A stretch of 64,000 nucleotides of DNA from Octopus vulgaris (GCA_951406725.2 OX597835.1:26536001-26600000); one strand, 5' to 3'; counted from the stretch's first letter, positions 42,275-56,174 are shown. The notes: generated from the sequence alone by a model not told the origin. Made by a program: numbers and translations.

Positions 42275-42282
42275 AATTGGTG
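41448..42282. repeat. (GGT)n/(GAT)n tract with a four-copy 80-86-bp higher-order repeat
   Basis: gctaatgatgataaagtcagtggtaaaggtggtat at 41955, 42041, 42127 and 42207. Confidence 0.93.
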
Positions 42283-42845
42283 GCGGGCGTTGAGAAGCCC
42301 TCAATCGTTTCTTCAAATTAGATAGAGATCTGCACCCAAAACAACCCTCTCGTAATATGCGGTCAAGTGCACCCACGTTCAGTTGTGCGCTTGCGCTCGT
42401 GTGTGTGTGTGTGCGTGTACATACATTAGACATACATAATTATATAGACAGATGGAAGACAGAGAGTTATGTTATACATGTATATATGTACTATGTGTGT
42501 GCATATTGTGTGTGTGTGTGTGCGTATGTGTTTACATACATATTATACACACATACTTATAACGACAGATGGAAGATGCATTGATATATATATATATATA
42601 ATTATTTGAGGGAATATTAATCCAAACTTACAGGGAATAAAATTCAATTTAGAAATACTAAATCAAATTTCACACAATATAATATATATAAATTAGAAAA
42701 AGACCACCTTTTATCAATTCAAAATGAACAATCAAATTACACCATCTAGAAAATTACATATAATAGAAATATAAAAACTAAATTAACAATAAAATATCAA
42801 TAATTAAGTAAATTGCAAAAAAAAATAATAAAAACATTGGTAGAA

Positions 42846-42949
42846 TAACGACACGTGTTTCGTGGCTATATTTAAGAAATGGTTATAGTAAAAAAATTAA
42901 TTGTAGTAGTAAAATCACTTCGGTATAAATATAACCACTCATCAGGTTA
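42846..42949 (-). ncRNA. Type I hammerhead ribozyme with long stem II, inside an AT-rich PLE-type terminal repeat (about 42600-43170)
   Basis: Minus strand: TAAC-CTGATGA-GTGGTTATATTTA...TAAATATAGCCAC-GAAAC-ACGT-GTC-GTTA. All stems pair. The same repeat family end recurs at 47240-47435. Confidence 0.88.
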
Positions 42950-43193
42950 AAAATAAACTGGAATAATAAAATAATTAATTAATAAATATACTTTAATATT
43001 AAGTGAAAATTAAAACAATACTTAAATTATTAAATACTTTAAAATTAATTAAAATACACAATGCTAGTACAAGTCATTAAATTGTAATCAAAATAAGAAA
43101 TGGTTCAAATATAGACAAACTCATTAAATAAGCTAACTATGTAATTAATATACATGTGTAGTATCTATAGATTTAATATATCAATATATATAT

Positions 43194-43238
<45 letters not shown>

Positions 43239-44031
43239 TATATATACATATATATGCATATATGTGTATGCATGTGTATATATATATGTGCGTGTGTGTC
43301 TTTTTGTGTGTATATATATATATATATGAATATATATATATGTATATATATGTGTGTGTGTGTGTGTGTTTGTACGAGGAGCACTCAAGTACATACACAT
43401 AACACAACACACAGACATCACCCTCTGTGAATGATTTGCGTCACATATAGCAAGAGAGAGAGAGAGAGAGAGAAAGAGAGAGCGAGGGAGAGAGAAAACT
43501 AGAGAGGGCAGGGAAGCAGCATGTACGAATGATATACATATACAGAGAGTGTCAAAGAGAATGTGGTAAATATATGTAGGGATAGGGGAGCGTAAAAGAT
43601 AGATAGCTAGAGAGAGAGAGAGAGAGAGAAAGGCAGAGAGAAAGAGGTAGATAGACAGACGGCTTTTAAAGACGTTCAATGTTTGTGATCTGGAAGTTGA
43701 GCTATTTCTCGTAACAAATTATATTCTTTTATTACTAATACCCCAAAGCCTTCTTTAGACTCCGATTTCGTAAATCAAGTCTGTTCTTCTCTGCTGAGAT
43801 GCACCGTTTCGGAGCCTTTCAGTGACATACACGTATACATTTTCATTTATATAATAGAATATATATATATATCCTTGGTGGTTACTCGAGTCCAAAAACT
43901 TTCTTTTGCTGAACAACCTGCACACAGATGATTAGCTTTAAGCGATCAAATTGGATTGACTATACGGTTGCACAGTATATCTGAAAATATGGATGCCTCA
44001 GCTATCAAAGTAGTCTCAGAGCAGCGTTAAA

Positions 44032-44127
<96 letters not shown>

Positions 44128-44366
44128 ATACAAAATTAGAGAATGGAGAAACATACTTAAATCAATAAAACATCAACTATCCGATGATACCCAATCAATA
44201 CTTTAATACACCATTACATAAGAGTAAGGGCATTATACAAAATGAGATATACAGTAATAGTAAAAAGATAAAGAGATAATAAGTAAAAAATTTCAAATAT
44301 AATATGCAATTAAATCAAAACTGACAGCTGTTTCGGCAGTGAGGGCAGTCATACCTCATTTAACCA

Positions 44367-44705
44367 TTGAGTAGTAGGGTGTATATCGGGGCAACTATGA
44401 ATAGCATAAAACAAAGATTGAATTATCACAGATATACTTTTAGAAATAAAAATAGAATGTACTCTACAGGGCTAAGTGCATACATTTGGGAACTTAAAAA
44501 TAAGAACTTAGATTTTAGATTAAACTGGAAAATACTAACTTCAGCACCTGTGTATAATGGAAAAAATAAAAAATGCTCTCTATGTATTAATGAAATTTTT
44601 TTCATTATTAAAGCGGGTCGGCAAATTATTAACAACATTAATGAAAAAACTTCTTTTGCATTCATAGGCTACCGTTCACCTTTTCTAGATTCAAATAGAA
44701 CTTAG
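44367..44705 (+). pseudogene. GIY-YIG endonuclease C-terminal part of a Penelope-like element (5'-truncated)
   Basis: VYIGAT...KQRLNYHRYTF...YSTGLSAYIWELK...WKIL...KCSLCINE. The YIG motif, catalytic R, H and terminal CxLCxxE are typical of PLE endonucleases. Confidence 0.88.
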
Positions 44706-46371
44706 CACTTCCACTATTATTAATTTTTTAACTCCCTTCTTTAACTAACTATACCTGTGGTCTTCTATAATTCTTTAGTATACAACTTATAAATTTATAA
44801 TTTTATAATTTTTATAGCTACATTTGTATAATAATAATAGATGTGTCTAGTATTACTTGTTTCTTGTTTTTTGTATGTGGGTTTTTTTTTTTTTTTTTTT
44901 AAGGGAAATGCAATATGACACGAAATAACATATTCATTTTGGTATTTGCCTTGTAATATGTGATTTTTGAAGTTTTCTAATATTGCATAGTATATTGCAT
45001 AGTATATATGTATATCTTGGTTAGATACCTAGCTCTAGATAATGTAATGATATTGTATAATATGTAATATATGAGAGCCTTTTATGAGTTTGGTGTGTTT
45101 AGGTTGAGAATATAGGTTTTTTGTATGTGTTTATTTGGAAGGTTTTTATTGTATATTTGGTCTTTATTTGTACTCACCTTAATTTGTATCTTATGCTATT
45201 TACTAATAAACCTTTTTCATTTTTTTCATTTTCTCATTTACATACATTTGGCTTTATAAATATTACCAACCTTATATATTTAGTTTATATCTATAGTCCT
45301 CTGGATCTGTACTTTAAATTATCCTTCCATACATATTTACTTTCAACAATATAACATTATATTTATTTTTTATTTTATTTTAATGTTATCAATCTCTGCA
45401 TTTAGTCTTCTAATTATTTATTTATTTGCCTATTTAAGTGTAGATGTTTACATACATATCAAGTCATCTAATTTGTTATCTATTTATTTTTTACTTATTT
45501 ACTTATACTAGGGTAGTTTTATACATACATATCTATCATTTATTTTTATTTAATTTTAATAATATATGAATACATATATACTGGTTTGTACTTATAATAT
45601 GTGTATAACCGTATTTATTCCTTCGTATTTATTCCTTCTTATTTATCTTATCACATTTTATCTTAAGTATTTATAATATAAATTTTTTTAAAAATTTCTG
45701 TGATGTTCTCATAAGCGTTTACATTAGTACTTCCCCTTCTATTTTTTAATGCCTAAACTGGTATATTATGGCATTAAATTTATTAAGTAAATAAGTGATT
45801 TATTTATAATATATAAATTAATATATATTTTATATTTTATAATTTAGCGTACTTGGAATCATAACAAACTTACGATAAATCTAACAACCGTATGTTTACT
45901 ATGCAACAAACCGGTGTTATAAATTTTAAGTTACCCATGAAATAATTATCTGACTTAGTAACATACTGATATTTAAAATATATTTATATCTAAATTAAAT
46001 ATTTTATGATATGCATGGATGGTTCTTTTTCGTTATTTGAGGCACAGTTATAATTTTGAAGGACTAAATGGTAGCATAGTTGCTTCCCTTTTTGTTTATC
46101 TATGTGCTAGTTGTTGCTTGTGATTATGTATGTGTATAAGTGTATGTATATACATATAACTATGTGTGTATGTGCGATTGATCTGTAGATGCGTGTGTGA
46201 ATATTGGCGTTCCTTGACTAACCAACCGTATAATTTTCTTTTGTGATTTAAATTTCAAACCAATAGCCAATCGAATTAATCTAAATTTTCTTTACCTAGT
46301 GGTCAGCATTTCTAAACTCATAGTTATTTCGATCTTGAAAGGATGGACTTGGTGCAAACTTAACTGTATCT

Positions 46372-46402
<31 letters not shown>

Positions 46403-46756
46403 TTATTTTTATTATTATTAATAGTAATTTTTATTAACTTTCATAGCTTTAGAATTTTATGAACTGAACCATGGTTTTAATTATTATTTTCATCTCCCTA
46501 TGTGTTAGTTTTTTTAAAAAAAACTATTAGCCAAATATGTATAATATCGGTACTTATTAATATTAATATATACACTGATATATATTTTGTTTTATTTTGT
46601 TCTGTTTACCTTCCTTTATTGTACCAATGAGTATTATATTATATAAGTGTAGCATTATGATGTATAAGTTTTTATATTTTACATTTTTATATTTTTATAT
46701 TTATATGTATATGGTTATATAATATTTTTCACAATTATAACAAATTTAATTTAATT

Positions 46757-46864
46757 CTCTGAAGAGGCCGTGGGGCATCCTTGTTAATGCCTCATTTATA
46801 CCTGCCTTTATGGCTTAGAGGTTAAATGAGGTATGACTGCCCTCACTGCCGAAACAGCTGTCAG
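46757..46864 (+). ncRNA. Type I hammerhead ribozyme with extended stem II in the PLE pLTR
   Basis: CT-CTGAAGA-GGCCGTGGGGCA...TGCCTCATTTA...TAAATGAGGTA...TGCCCTCACTGCC-GAAAC-AGCT-GTC-AG. Confidence 0.82.
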
Positions 46865-47519
46865 TTTTGATTTAATTGCATATTATATTTGAAATTTTTT
46901 ACTTATATCTCTTTATCTTTTTACTATTACTGTATATCTCATTTTGTATAATGCCTTTACTCTTATGTAATGGTGTATTAAAGTATTGATTGGGTATCAT
47001 CGGATAGTTGATGTTTTATTGATTTAAGTATGTTTCTCCATTCTCTAATTTTGTAGTATTAATTTACGGTAATATTATTACCTTTACCCATATGATACAA
47101 TAGATGAACTGATTGTTTGACAATTTTTAACATCTATGTATTAATCTTGTTGGGTACCTATCTGGCAGTATATTGGATATATATTATCCCATGGTGGGTT
47201 GAATTTTCAACCCCTATCTCATTTTATAACCTATATATAATAATAAATATTAAGGAATAAATCCAAACTTACAGGGAAAAATTTAGGATTTAGGATTGAA
47301 TCCAATTTTATAGTAAAATATTATATTATATTAGAGACAAAACCACTATTAGGCAAATCAAACGATGAAAAACTTCAGCCAATACATAAGATTATTTAAT
47401 TTATATTATTCAAATATATAACAAAATTATTTTAAAAATTGGATTGACTATACGGTTGCACAGTATATCTGAAAATACGGATGCGTCAGCTGTCAAAGTA
47501 GTCTCAGAGCAGCGTTAAA

Positions 47520-47555
<36 letters not shown>

Positions 47556-47557
<2 letters not shown>

Positions 47558-47878
47558 TTAATTTATCGACCCCGAAAGGATGAAAGGCAAAGTCGACTTC
47601 GGCGAAATTTGAACTCGGAACGTAAAGACAGACGAAATACATACCTATTTCTTTACTACCCACAAGGGGCTACATACAGAGGGGACAAACAAGGACAGAC
47701 AAACGGATTAAGTCGATTACATCGACCCCAGTGCTTAACTGGTACTTAATTTAATCGACCCCGAAAGGATGAAAGGCAAAGTCGACTTCGGTGGAATTTG
47801 AACTCTGAACGTAACGGCTGACGAAATACGGCTACGCATTTCGCCCGGCGTGCTAACGTTTCTGCCAGCTCGCCGCCT
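47556..47878 (-). mobile_element. SINE family B, composite copy
   Basis: Reverse complement of the 15138-type element. Confidence 0.92.
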
Positions 47879-48204
47879 AAATGATATCCCACCATCAGAG
47901 ACGATATGAGAGAGGAAGGAAATAGAAAAGCTCGATATGAGAAGCTATTTTGGAAAGGGAAAGATATAGGAAGTATAAAGAGAAATATAAAAATAAAAAT
48001 AATGATATAAGTTAGACATTAACATCTCCCTAACTGTCTCAATCTTTTACGCTTTCCCACCTCTACATAAGTTGGATGTTAACATCCAACATATATCTTT
48101 ATTCTTATTCTTATATTTCCCTTTATATTTCTTAGATCTCTCCCTTCCAAAATAACTTTACAAATAATAACAAATAGTATTGAACTCTACTATTTCCTTA
48201 CATC

Positions 48205-48252
48205 GTCTCTGATGATGGGATATCTTTTATATCCCTGAAACAGCTGTAAGAC
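48205..48252 (+). ncRNA. Type I hammerhead ribozyme within a fold-back repeat (47883-48025 / 48075-48224)
   Basis: GTCT-CTGATGA-T-GGGATAT-CTTTT-ATATCCC-T-GAAAC-AGCT-GTA-AGAC. The 5' half is copied in inverted orientation at 47883-47905. Confidence 0.82.
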
Positions 48253-48455
48253 TACCTTTTTCTTTATAAAATGTCCCCAAAATTTCACAATACTTTGGCT
48301 TGGTTGTCCCACTTTATTTGACCTATAAACGCTCACACACGACCCACGTTAGACTCCCCACTCATACTATTATCGAACCGGGAGTCTAACTACAATCCTT
48401 CCGTAGCACTTACATAGCCTTATAGATTTTGGATGCCTTTTGGATACCAAAACCT

Positions 48456-48597
<142 letters not shown>

Positions 48598-49431
48598 GTG
48601 TGTCTGTGTGTGTGTGTATACTGTGTGTGTATACATGAGTATATGTGTACAGGACGTCACCAACGGTTCAAACAACACGAAATACGTGAACAACGAGAAA
48701 AAATGGAAAACAGGACAAGCAAACACAGAGAAAGGACCCTTCATCAGTTGTCAGCTGTCATTCTACTCCTCATTTCGAGCATTCAGCAATATGAGTCTTC
48801 AAGGACAGTTGCTTCCATAAATTCTAAAATAAAATTTTGGATTTATGGAAGGTCAAAGTTGGGAACAAAACCATGACAGTGGAGACGTAGAAGGAAAACG
48901 AATGAAAACGAACATGGAGGATCGTTTGACCAAAACGAGATGAAAATAGAGAACACTGTGAGAAAGATTTTTTTTTTTGAAAAGAGAAAAATAGAAGAGA
49001 GAGTAAAAAGGCATCCGTTCTTTTGAACATCCGTACAGGAAAAGAAAGATGGTCACGTGAGGAAAAGAAAGATGGACGATGGTCTCATTTTTGTTTTCAC
49101 TGGTGGTCAGAGTTAAACACTTATTTGATACAATATGACATATTTTAATGTAATCAGTGTGGCCTTTTATTAGGGTGGCCTTTATTTCGTTCCGGCGGTG
49201 ACCAGCGTCCATCTTTCTTTTCCTCACGTCACCATTTGATAGGATATATATATATGATATAAAAATTGTACGTGTATTAATGCAGACATGTAAATAATTT
49301 ATTACTTATTATAAAATACAATAAAACAAAATTTCTATCCATGTTTATTAAGCAACGAAACAATTGTCGTTAATTAAGAATTTGCAATGGTAAAATACAT
49401 TTTATATTTCTCTCATTATTAGTAATTTTAT

Positions 49432-50176
49432 ATGTGTGTGTGTTTGTGCGTGTATGTATTATGTGTGTGCATGTATGTATGTATGTATATATGTATGTGT
49501 GTATATATGTTTGTATGTATGTATGTATGTATGTATGTATGTATGTATGTGCATGTATGTATGTATGTATGTATGTGTATGTATGTATGTATGTATGTAT
49601 GTATGTATGTATGTATGTATGTATGTATGTATGTATATATGTATGTGTGTGTATGTATGTATCATTTTAGCATTTTATCTAGTTTCAGCTCACGAGGTGT
49701 GGCCATGCTGGGGCACCGCCATTATATATATATATACATGTATGTATGTATGTATGTATGTATGTATGTATGTATGTATGTATGTATGCATGCATGCATG
49801 TATATATGTATGTATGTATGCATGCATGCATGCATGTATGTATGTATGCATGCACGTATGTATGCATGTATGTATGCATGCATGCATGTATATATGTATG
49901 TATGTATGTACGTATGTATGTATGTATGTATGCACGTATGCATGTATGTATGTTTGTATGTATGTATGTATGTATGCACGTATGTATGTATGTACGTATG
50001 CATGTATGTATGCACGTATGTATGTATGTATGTATGTATGTATGTATGTATGTATGTATGTATGCATGTACGTATGTATGTATGTATGTATGCATGTACG
50101 TATGTATGTATGCACGTATGTATGTATGTATGCATGTATGTTTGTATATATGTATGTATGTATGTATGTATGCACG

Positions 50177-50210
<34 letters not shown>

Positions 50211-50406
50211 TGTATGTATGTATGTATGTATGTATGTATGTATGTATGTTTGTATGTATGTATGTACGTATGTATGTATTTATGTATGTATGCACGTATG
50301 TATGTATGTATGTATGTATGTATGTATGTATGTATGTATGTATGTACGTACGTATGTATGTATGCACGTATGTATGTATATATATGTATATATGTATGTA
50401 CGTATG
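49432..50406. repeat. (TATG)n-type microsatellite of about 1 kb, with a small SINE A tail fragment (49670-49720)
   Basis: Directly visible; source of the 225-331-aa MYVC ORFs. Confidence 0.97.
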
Positions 50407-50789
50407 TAGTCAGTTCCAATTAATGTCATAGCTGATCATTGCAGACAAATTAATTGCCTGACTTTTTAACAAACACTAAATTGTTTAGCATTAAATCTGC
50501 TCAAAAAAAGAAAAAATTAGCCGAGAAATTTATTGCCTGACACATGTTTCGCTTTTGCGATTTTTTGAAAAATAATTGGCGAAGTGTAACACAACACCAA
50601 CGTTTATATCATTTGATGTAAATATAGTGTTTCCGTTTTCATCATCGGTGAAAACGGCAGTAGTCTTTGCGTAATATTCATAAAACTATGAATTCAATTT
50701 ATTTTTGTCAATTCCAAGGACTATCGAGGTTGAAATTCCGGCGTGACTTCATTTATTTTTTTATATATTTATTTATTTATTTATTTACT

Positions 50790-51195
50790 CTCTCTTTTAC
50801 TCTTTTACTTGTTTCAGTCATTTGACTGCGGCCATGTTGGAGCACCGCCTTTAGTCGAGCAAATCGACCCCGGGACTTATTCTTTGTAAGCTCAGTACTT
50901 ATTCTATCGGTCTGTTTTGCCGAACCGCTAAGTAACGGGGACGTAAACACACCAGCATCGGTCGTCAAGCAATGCTAGGGGAACAAACACAGACACACAA
51001 AGATATAAACATATATATATATACATATATACGACAGGCTTCTTTCAGTTTCCGTCTACCAAATCCACTCACAAGGCATTGGTCGGCCCGGGGCTATAGC
51101 ATAAGACACTTGCCCAAGGTGCCACGCAGTGGGACTGAACCTGGAACCATGTGGTTGGTTAGCAAGCTACTTACCACACAGCCACTCCTGCGCCT
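50790..51195 (-). mobile_element. Full-length SINE family A
   Basis: Reverse complement of 53570-53975. Confidence 0.93.
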
Positions 51196-51584
51196 ATTTA
51201 TTTACCTATTTATCTAATTAGTTAGTTTGTTCATTTGTGTCATACAATACTTCGATGAATAACCTTCCATTGATTGATAACGTCATCAGTTACATAACGC
51301 GTGGAATATGCATTATCTTTATCCACTTCGTTTTTGCGTTCCGAGTTCAACTCCCGCCGAGGTCGACGTTGCCATTCTTTCTTTAGGGTTCGATAAAATA
51401 AGTACCAGTCAAGCACTAGAGTCCACGAACTTGAATTCGGTTACAAATACTGGGAAGACTTGAATCAGATGGAATTTAACGAAACTATATGAAAGCATAG
51501 ACAAAGAAAGAGTATCTGCGGTGAATGAGGCAGATCACACCCGCACTTGCGCAACATGCTGACCTCATGTCAATATAAACATCA

Positions 51585-52090
<506 letters not shown>

Positions 52091-52169
52091 ACGATTATTA
52101 TCATTAAGGCTGGCTGTATAGATAGCACGCCAGACAAAATGCGTATACTAGCTACGGAGAAACGAGTCT

Positions 52170-53270
52170 GAGAAACGGTGACCACACCTGCTCAACGCCA
52201 TGGAAACGTTGATGTTGAAAACAAATGTAGCGCCTGACCAGTGGAACGCATCACCTACACAAAAAGCGGAATAGTAAGCGCCACAGTCTGGTCAGATGCG
52301 AAATGCGGCAAAGTACGGTGGTCAGGCGATAATATAAAACAGAGACGATGTATTCATTTGCTACCCCTGACCGACTTTTTTGGGGATAGCTTTCTTTCGA
52401 CCCATTTGTGGATGAGACTGGCCACCCAGTCTGTCATTCCGTCTCATTTCTGGACAAACTAGACCCCGAGCAATTAAAGCGATCCTGTCTGTCCAGGATC
52501 CTACGACGTTACTGAACGGTATGGACCAGCTTTTCCAGGTGCTGACTTTTCTTGGCTGATTTTTCCCCTTGCCACTGCCTCGTAAAGCGGTGATGATCAG
52601 GTCTATGTACCTGATGTAAGACACTATGACGGTGACGTCATCCGCTAATGCCGACATGGGTCTTCTCCGTCCTGTTACTCGAGGGATTTCATTCGACGTC
52701 TCCTGTTTTCACAGCAGTGGTTCTAGCGAGAGTAAATACAGAAGAGACGTGAGAGGACAACCTTCAGAAACCAATCACATGATAGTAAAAAGGTAAAGGT
52801 AAAGGTTACCTTCCAGAGTCATACAGAATCATAAGGGCCGGTTTCCATGGCTTGTAAATTCCCCACCTGGATGGGACGCCAGTCCATCGTAGAGGTACTC
52901 ATTTGTACCAGCTGAATGGACTGGAGCAACGTGAAAATGGAGTGTTTTGCTCAAGAACACAACGCGTCACCTGATCCAGGAATCGAAGCCACAATCTTAC
53001 GATGATGAATCCAACGCTTTAACCACTAAGCCACGCACCTCCACAGCGCATGATAGTGAAGGGTCCTAATGAGTGACCATTCACCACACCACTGGGCAAA
53101 CATCGCTGTACGTTGCAGCAACTCAAGTGCGGAAGAGGAAGACGGAAACGGCTGCGATGAGGAGAGCCAACAAATGTTGGTGGGCGGAGACTGTGGGAAG
53201 CTTTGGTTTATCTGAAGACATCAGGGCTCAACCAACGCCAGTTTCTTTACCCACACTCTCTATGACGTGT
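52170..53270 (-). pseudogene. Degraded Tx1/L1-like LINE reverse-transcriptase fragment interrupted by a SINE
   Basis: Hand translation gives KA...VNGHSLGPFTI|...GCPLTSLLYLLA..EPLL...SALADDVTVIVS, matching the RT motifs QGCPLSP and YADD. Confidence 0.75.
52787..53048 (-). mobile_element. SINE family D with 9-bp TSD
   Basis: Head ggaggtgcgtggcttagtggttaaagcg..., gatggactggcgtcccatccagg domain and (CCTTTA)n tail. CATGATAGT occurs at 52778-52786 and 53049-53057. Confidence 0.85.
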
Positions 53271-53290
53271 TGCATATGAACACACACACG

Positions 53291-53340
<50 letters not shown>

Positions 53341-53390
53341 TGGATGCAAGTAAACTAATTGTATTTTAAAAGTTGTATAAAGAATATAAT

Positions 53391-54064
53391 AGGCGCAGGT
53401 GTGACTGTATGGTAAGTAATAAGCTTCCTTCCCAACCACATGGTTCCGGGTTCAGTCTCACTGCGTGGCACCTTCGGTAGCTGTCTTTTGATATGGCCTC
53501 ATGCGACCAAAGCCTTGTGAGTGGATGCGGTAGACGGAAATTGAAAGAAGCCTGATGTATATATATATAGGCGCAGGAGTGGCTGTGTGGTAAGTAGCCT
53601 GTTTACCAACCACATGGTTCCGGGTTCAGTCCCATTGCGTGGCACCTTGGGCAAGTGTCTTCTACTATAGCCTCGGGTCGACCAATGCCTTGTGAGTGGA
53701 TTTGGTAGATGGAAACTGAAAGAAGCCCGTCGTATATATGTATATATATATATATGTGTGTGCGTGTATGTATGCGTGTCTGTGTTTGTCCCCCTAGCAT
53801 TGCTTGACAACCGATGCTGGTGTGTTTATGTCCCCGTTACTTAGCGGTTCGGCAAAAGATACCGATAGAATAAGTACTGGGCTTACAAAGAATAAGTCCC
53901 GGGGTCGATTTGCTCGATTAAAGGCGGTGCTCCAGCATGGCCGCAGTCAAATGACTGAAACAAGTAAAAGAGAAAAGAGAGAGAAAGAGAAAGATATATA
54001 TATATATATATATAGATATAGATATTTATATTTATACATATACATATATCTATCTATCTATCTA

Positions 54065-54157
<93 letters not shown>

Positions 54158-54412
54158 GTATGTATACGTATGCATGTATATGTATGTATGTATATATGTA
54201 TGTGTGTGTGCGTGTGTCTGTGTCTGTGTTTGTTCCCCTCCAACCGATTCTGGTGTGTTTATGTCCCCGTAATATGGCAGCTCGGCAAAAGATACAGAAA
54301 GAATGAGTACTAGGCTTACAAATAATAAATCCTGGGGTCGATTTCTTTGACTAGAGCCCTTTAAGGCGGTGATCCAGCATGGCCGCAGTCAAATGACGGG
54401 AACAAGTAAAAG
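53391..54412 (+). mobile_element. SINE family A nest: head 53391-53560, full copy 53570-53975, tail 54215-54412
   Basis: Family A head and tail motifs; the younger copy sits in the internal (TA)n of an older copy. Confidence 0.88.
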
Positions 54413-54780
54413 GTTATCAAATTTAGTTGCCATCAATTCTTGTATAAACACTAAGTCTGGGGAGAGTCATTTTCATTTTACCTGTCAAGGGAGATAACTC
54501 CATATCATTGCGAGTTTCGTTTTGTTTAAGGGAGGTTACTACAGATGGACTAATAAGAAATTTAGTTACAGTTGTTTCCCTTGCATTTAGACCGATAATC
54601 ATTTTCGAATGCCTTTCTGTAAGACGTTGCTCTTGTATTTCATGCGTCAATTTTGAAAGAAGGTGCGGATAATTGCAGAGAGAGAGAGAGAGGGAGAGAG
54701 AGAAGGGAGGAGAGAGGGAGGGAGAGATGGAGGGAGAGAGATTGATAGATAGATAGATAGACAGATAGATGGATTGATAG

Positions 54781-54813
<33 letters not shown>

Positions 54814-54831
54814 TAAATAGATAGATGGATT

Positions 54832-54880
<49 letters not shown>

Positions 54881-54920
54881 TGAAAGAGACAGAGAAGAGA
54901 AGGGGAGGGGCAGGGAGATT

Positions 54921-54986
<66 letters not shown>

Positions 54987-55189
54987 CAGTTAGATAGAGA
55001 GAGAGAGGGGGGGGAGAGAAATGGACAGATAGAGGTGTTCGCCTTGCAGCCACGTGGTTTCGGGTTCAGTTCCACAATGGGACAAACGGAAAGTGAGAAT
55101 TAAAGATTAGTATGTGTGTGTGTGTGTGTATTTTGGGAGGACCTTTTGCCAATAAAATCTCTCAATGGCTTCGTCGAACCCGTTACTCG

Positions 55190-55330
55190 AGTGGTACTTA
55201 ATTTATCGACCCCGAAAGGATGAAAGGCAAAGTCGACTTCGGCGAAATTTGAACTCAGATTGTAACGACGAGTGAAATAACGCTAAGCATTTCGTCCAGC
55301 GTGCTAACGATTCTGCCAGCTCTCTACCTT
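55190..55330 (-). mobile_element. SINE family B
   Basis: ggtacttaatttatcgaccccgaaaggatgaaaggcaaagtcgac...gtgctaacgattctgccagct. Another diverged copy at 56215-56365. Confidence 0.88.
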
Positions 55331-55334
55331 CACC

Positions 55335-55369
<35 letters not shown>

Positions 55370-55371
55370 TA

Positions 55372-55419
<48 letters not shown>

Positions 55420-55530
55420 TTTATTATTTTTATTATTGTTGTTGTTGTTGTTGTTGTTGTTGCTGCTGCTGCTGCTGCTGTTGTTGTTGTTGTTGTTGTT
55501 GTTGTTATTATTATTATTATTATTATTATT

Positions 55531-56084
55531 GAGTGAGAGAGCAGTTCATGCCATCAAAGTGACACTGGGGTAAAATATACGAAGCCCAATATACCCATCA
55601 TGACTACCCGTCTGATAAAGGTACACCAGGCACATGCATCACAACCATATGTGCGTGACATGGTGATCTCATATCAAGATAAACAGCACATGACCTTGCA
55701 GGTGGGGCCCAGTTAGAATTTTCTTCAGGTTGAGTAGCCCATCCCACTCAAACGGTCCCTGAATAAGGGTTGTTTAAGGATGTTGAAAGAACCACCCATG
55801 TTTCCAGAGGTGAACTATTCAAACCCCAAAGAATCCCTCTCAACACATGGCTATGATGCTCCCCCACTACTTCTGCTCGTGATCAGAGATGCACATATCG
55901 TCAGCCACTAAGGGACATGCTGAACTGGTTAAGGTCAAACAACTGACAAGCAAATCTGTGGTATTGAGCAGAATATTTGCTGTAGCCCATCTTTTATACC
56001 AAGACAAAACAATGTACATGATAACACTTCCAATCAGTTAAGATCAGAAGCCATGAGAGCCACTGCCTGGTACTGCATCAAGGC

Positions 56085-56087
<3 letters not shown>
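55531..56087. mobile_element. About 560-bp interspersed repeat embedded in (ATT)n on both sides
   Basis: Second copy at 51585-52090; no ORF, TIR or tRNA head recognised. Confidence 0.75.

Positions 56088-56174
<87 letters not shown>

Larger units (their letters stand above)
44124..47235 (+). mobile_element. 5'-truncated Penelope-like element with inverted partial pLTR
   Basis: Inverted repeat 44124-44365 / 46820-47060 (about 3 differences), GIY-YIG ORF, about 2 kb of AT-rich 3' region and an HHR in the pLTR; inserted next to (TA)n. Confidence 0.88.

Noticed and set aside
43700-43858. Helitron-like 5' ends (also about 17900-18070 and 33020-33100)
   Set aside because: No matching 3' hairpin plus CTAG terminus found.
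48600-49240. (TA)n-flanked repeat-like segment with ctgatgaagg on the minus strand and a short inverted repeat (49052-49085 / 49200-49235)
   Set aside because: Could not assemble a complete hammerhead or assign a family from the sequence alone.
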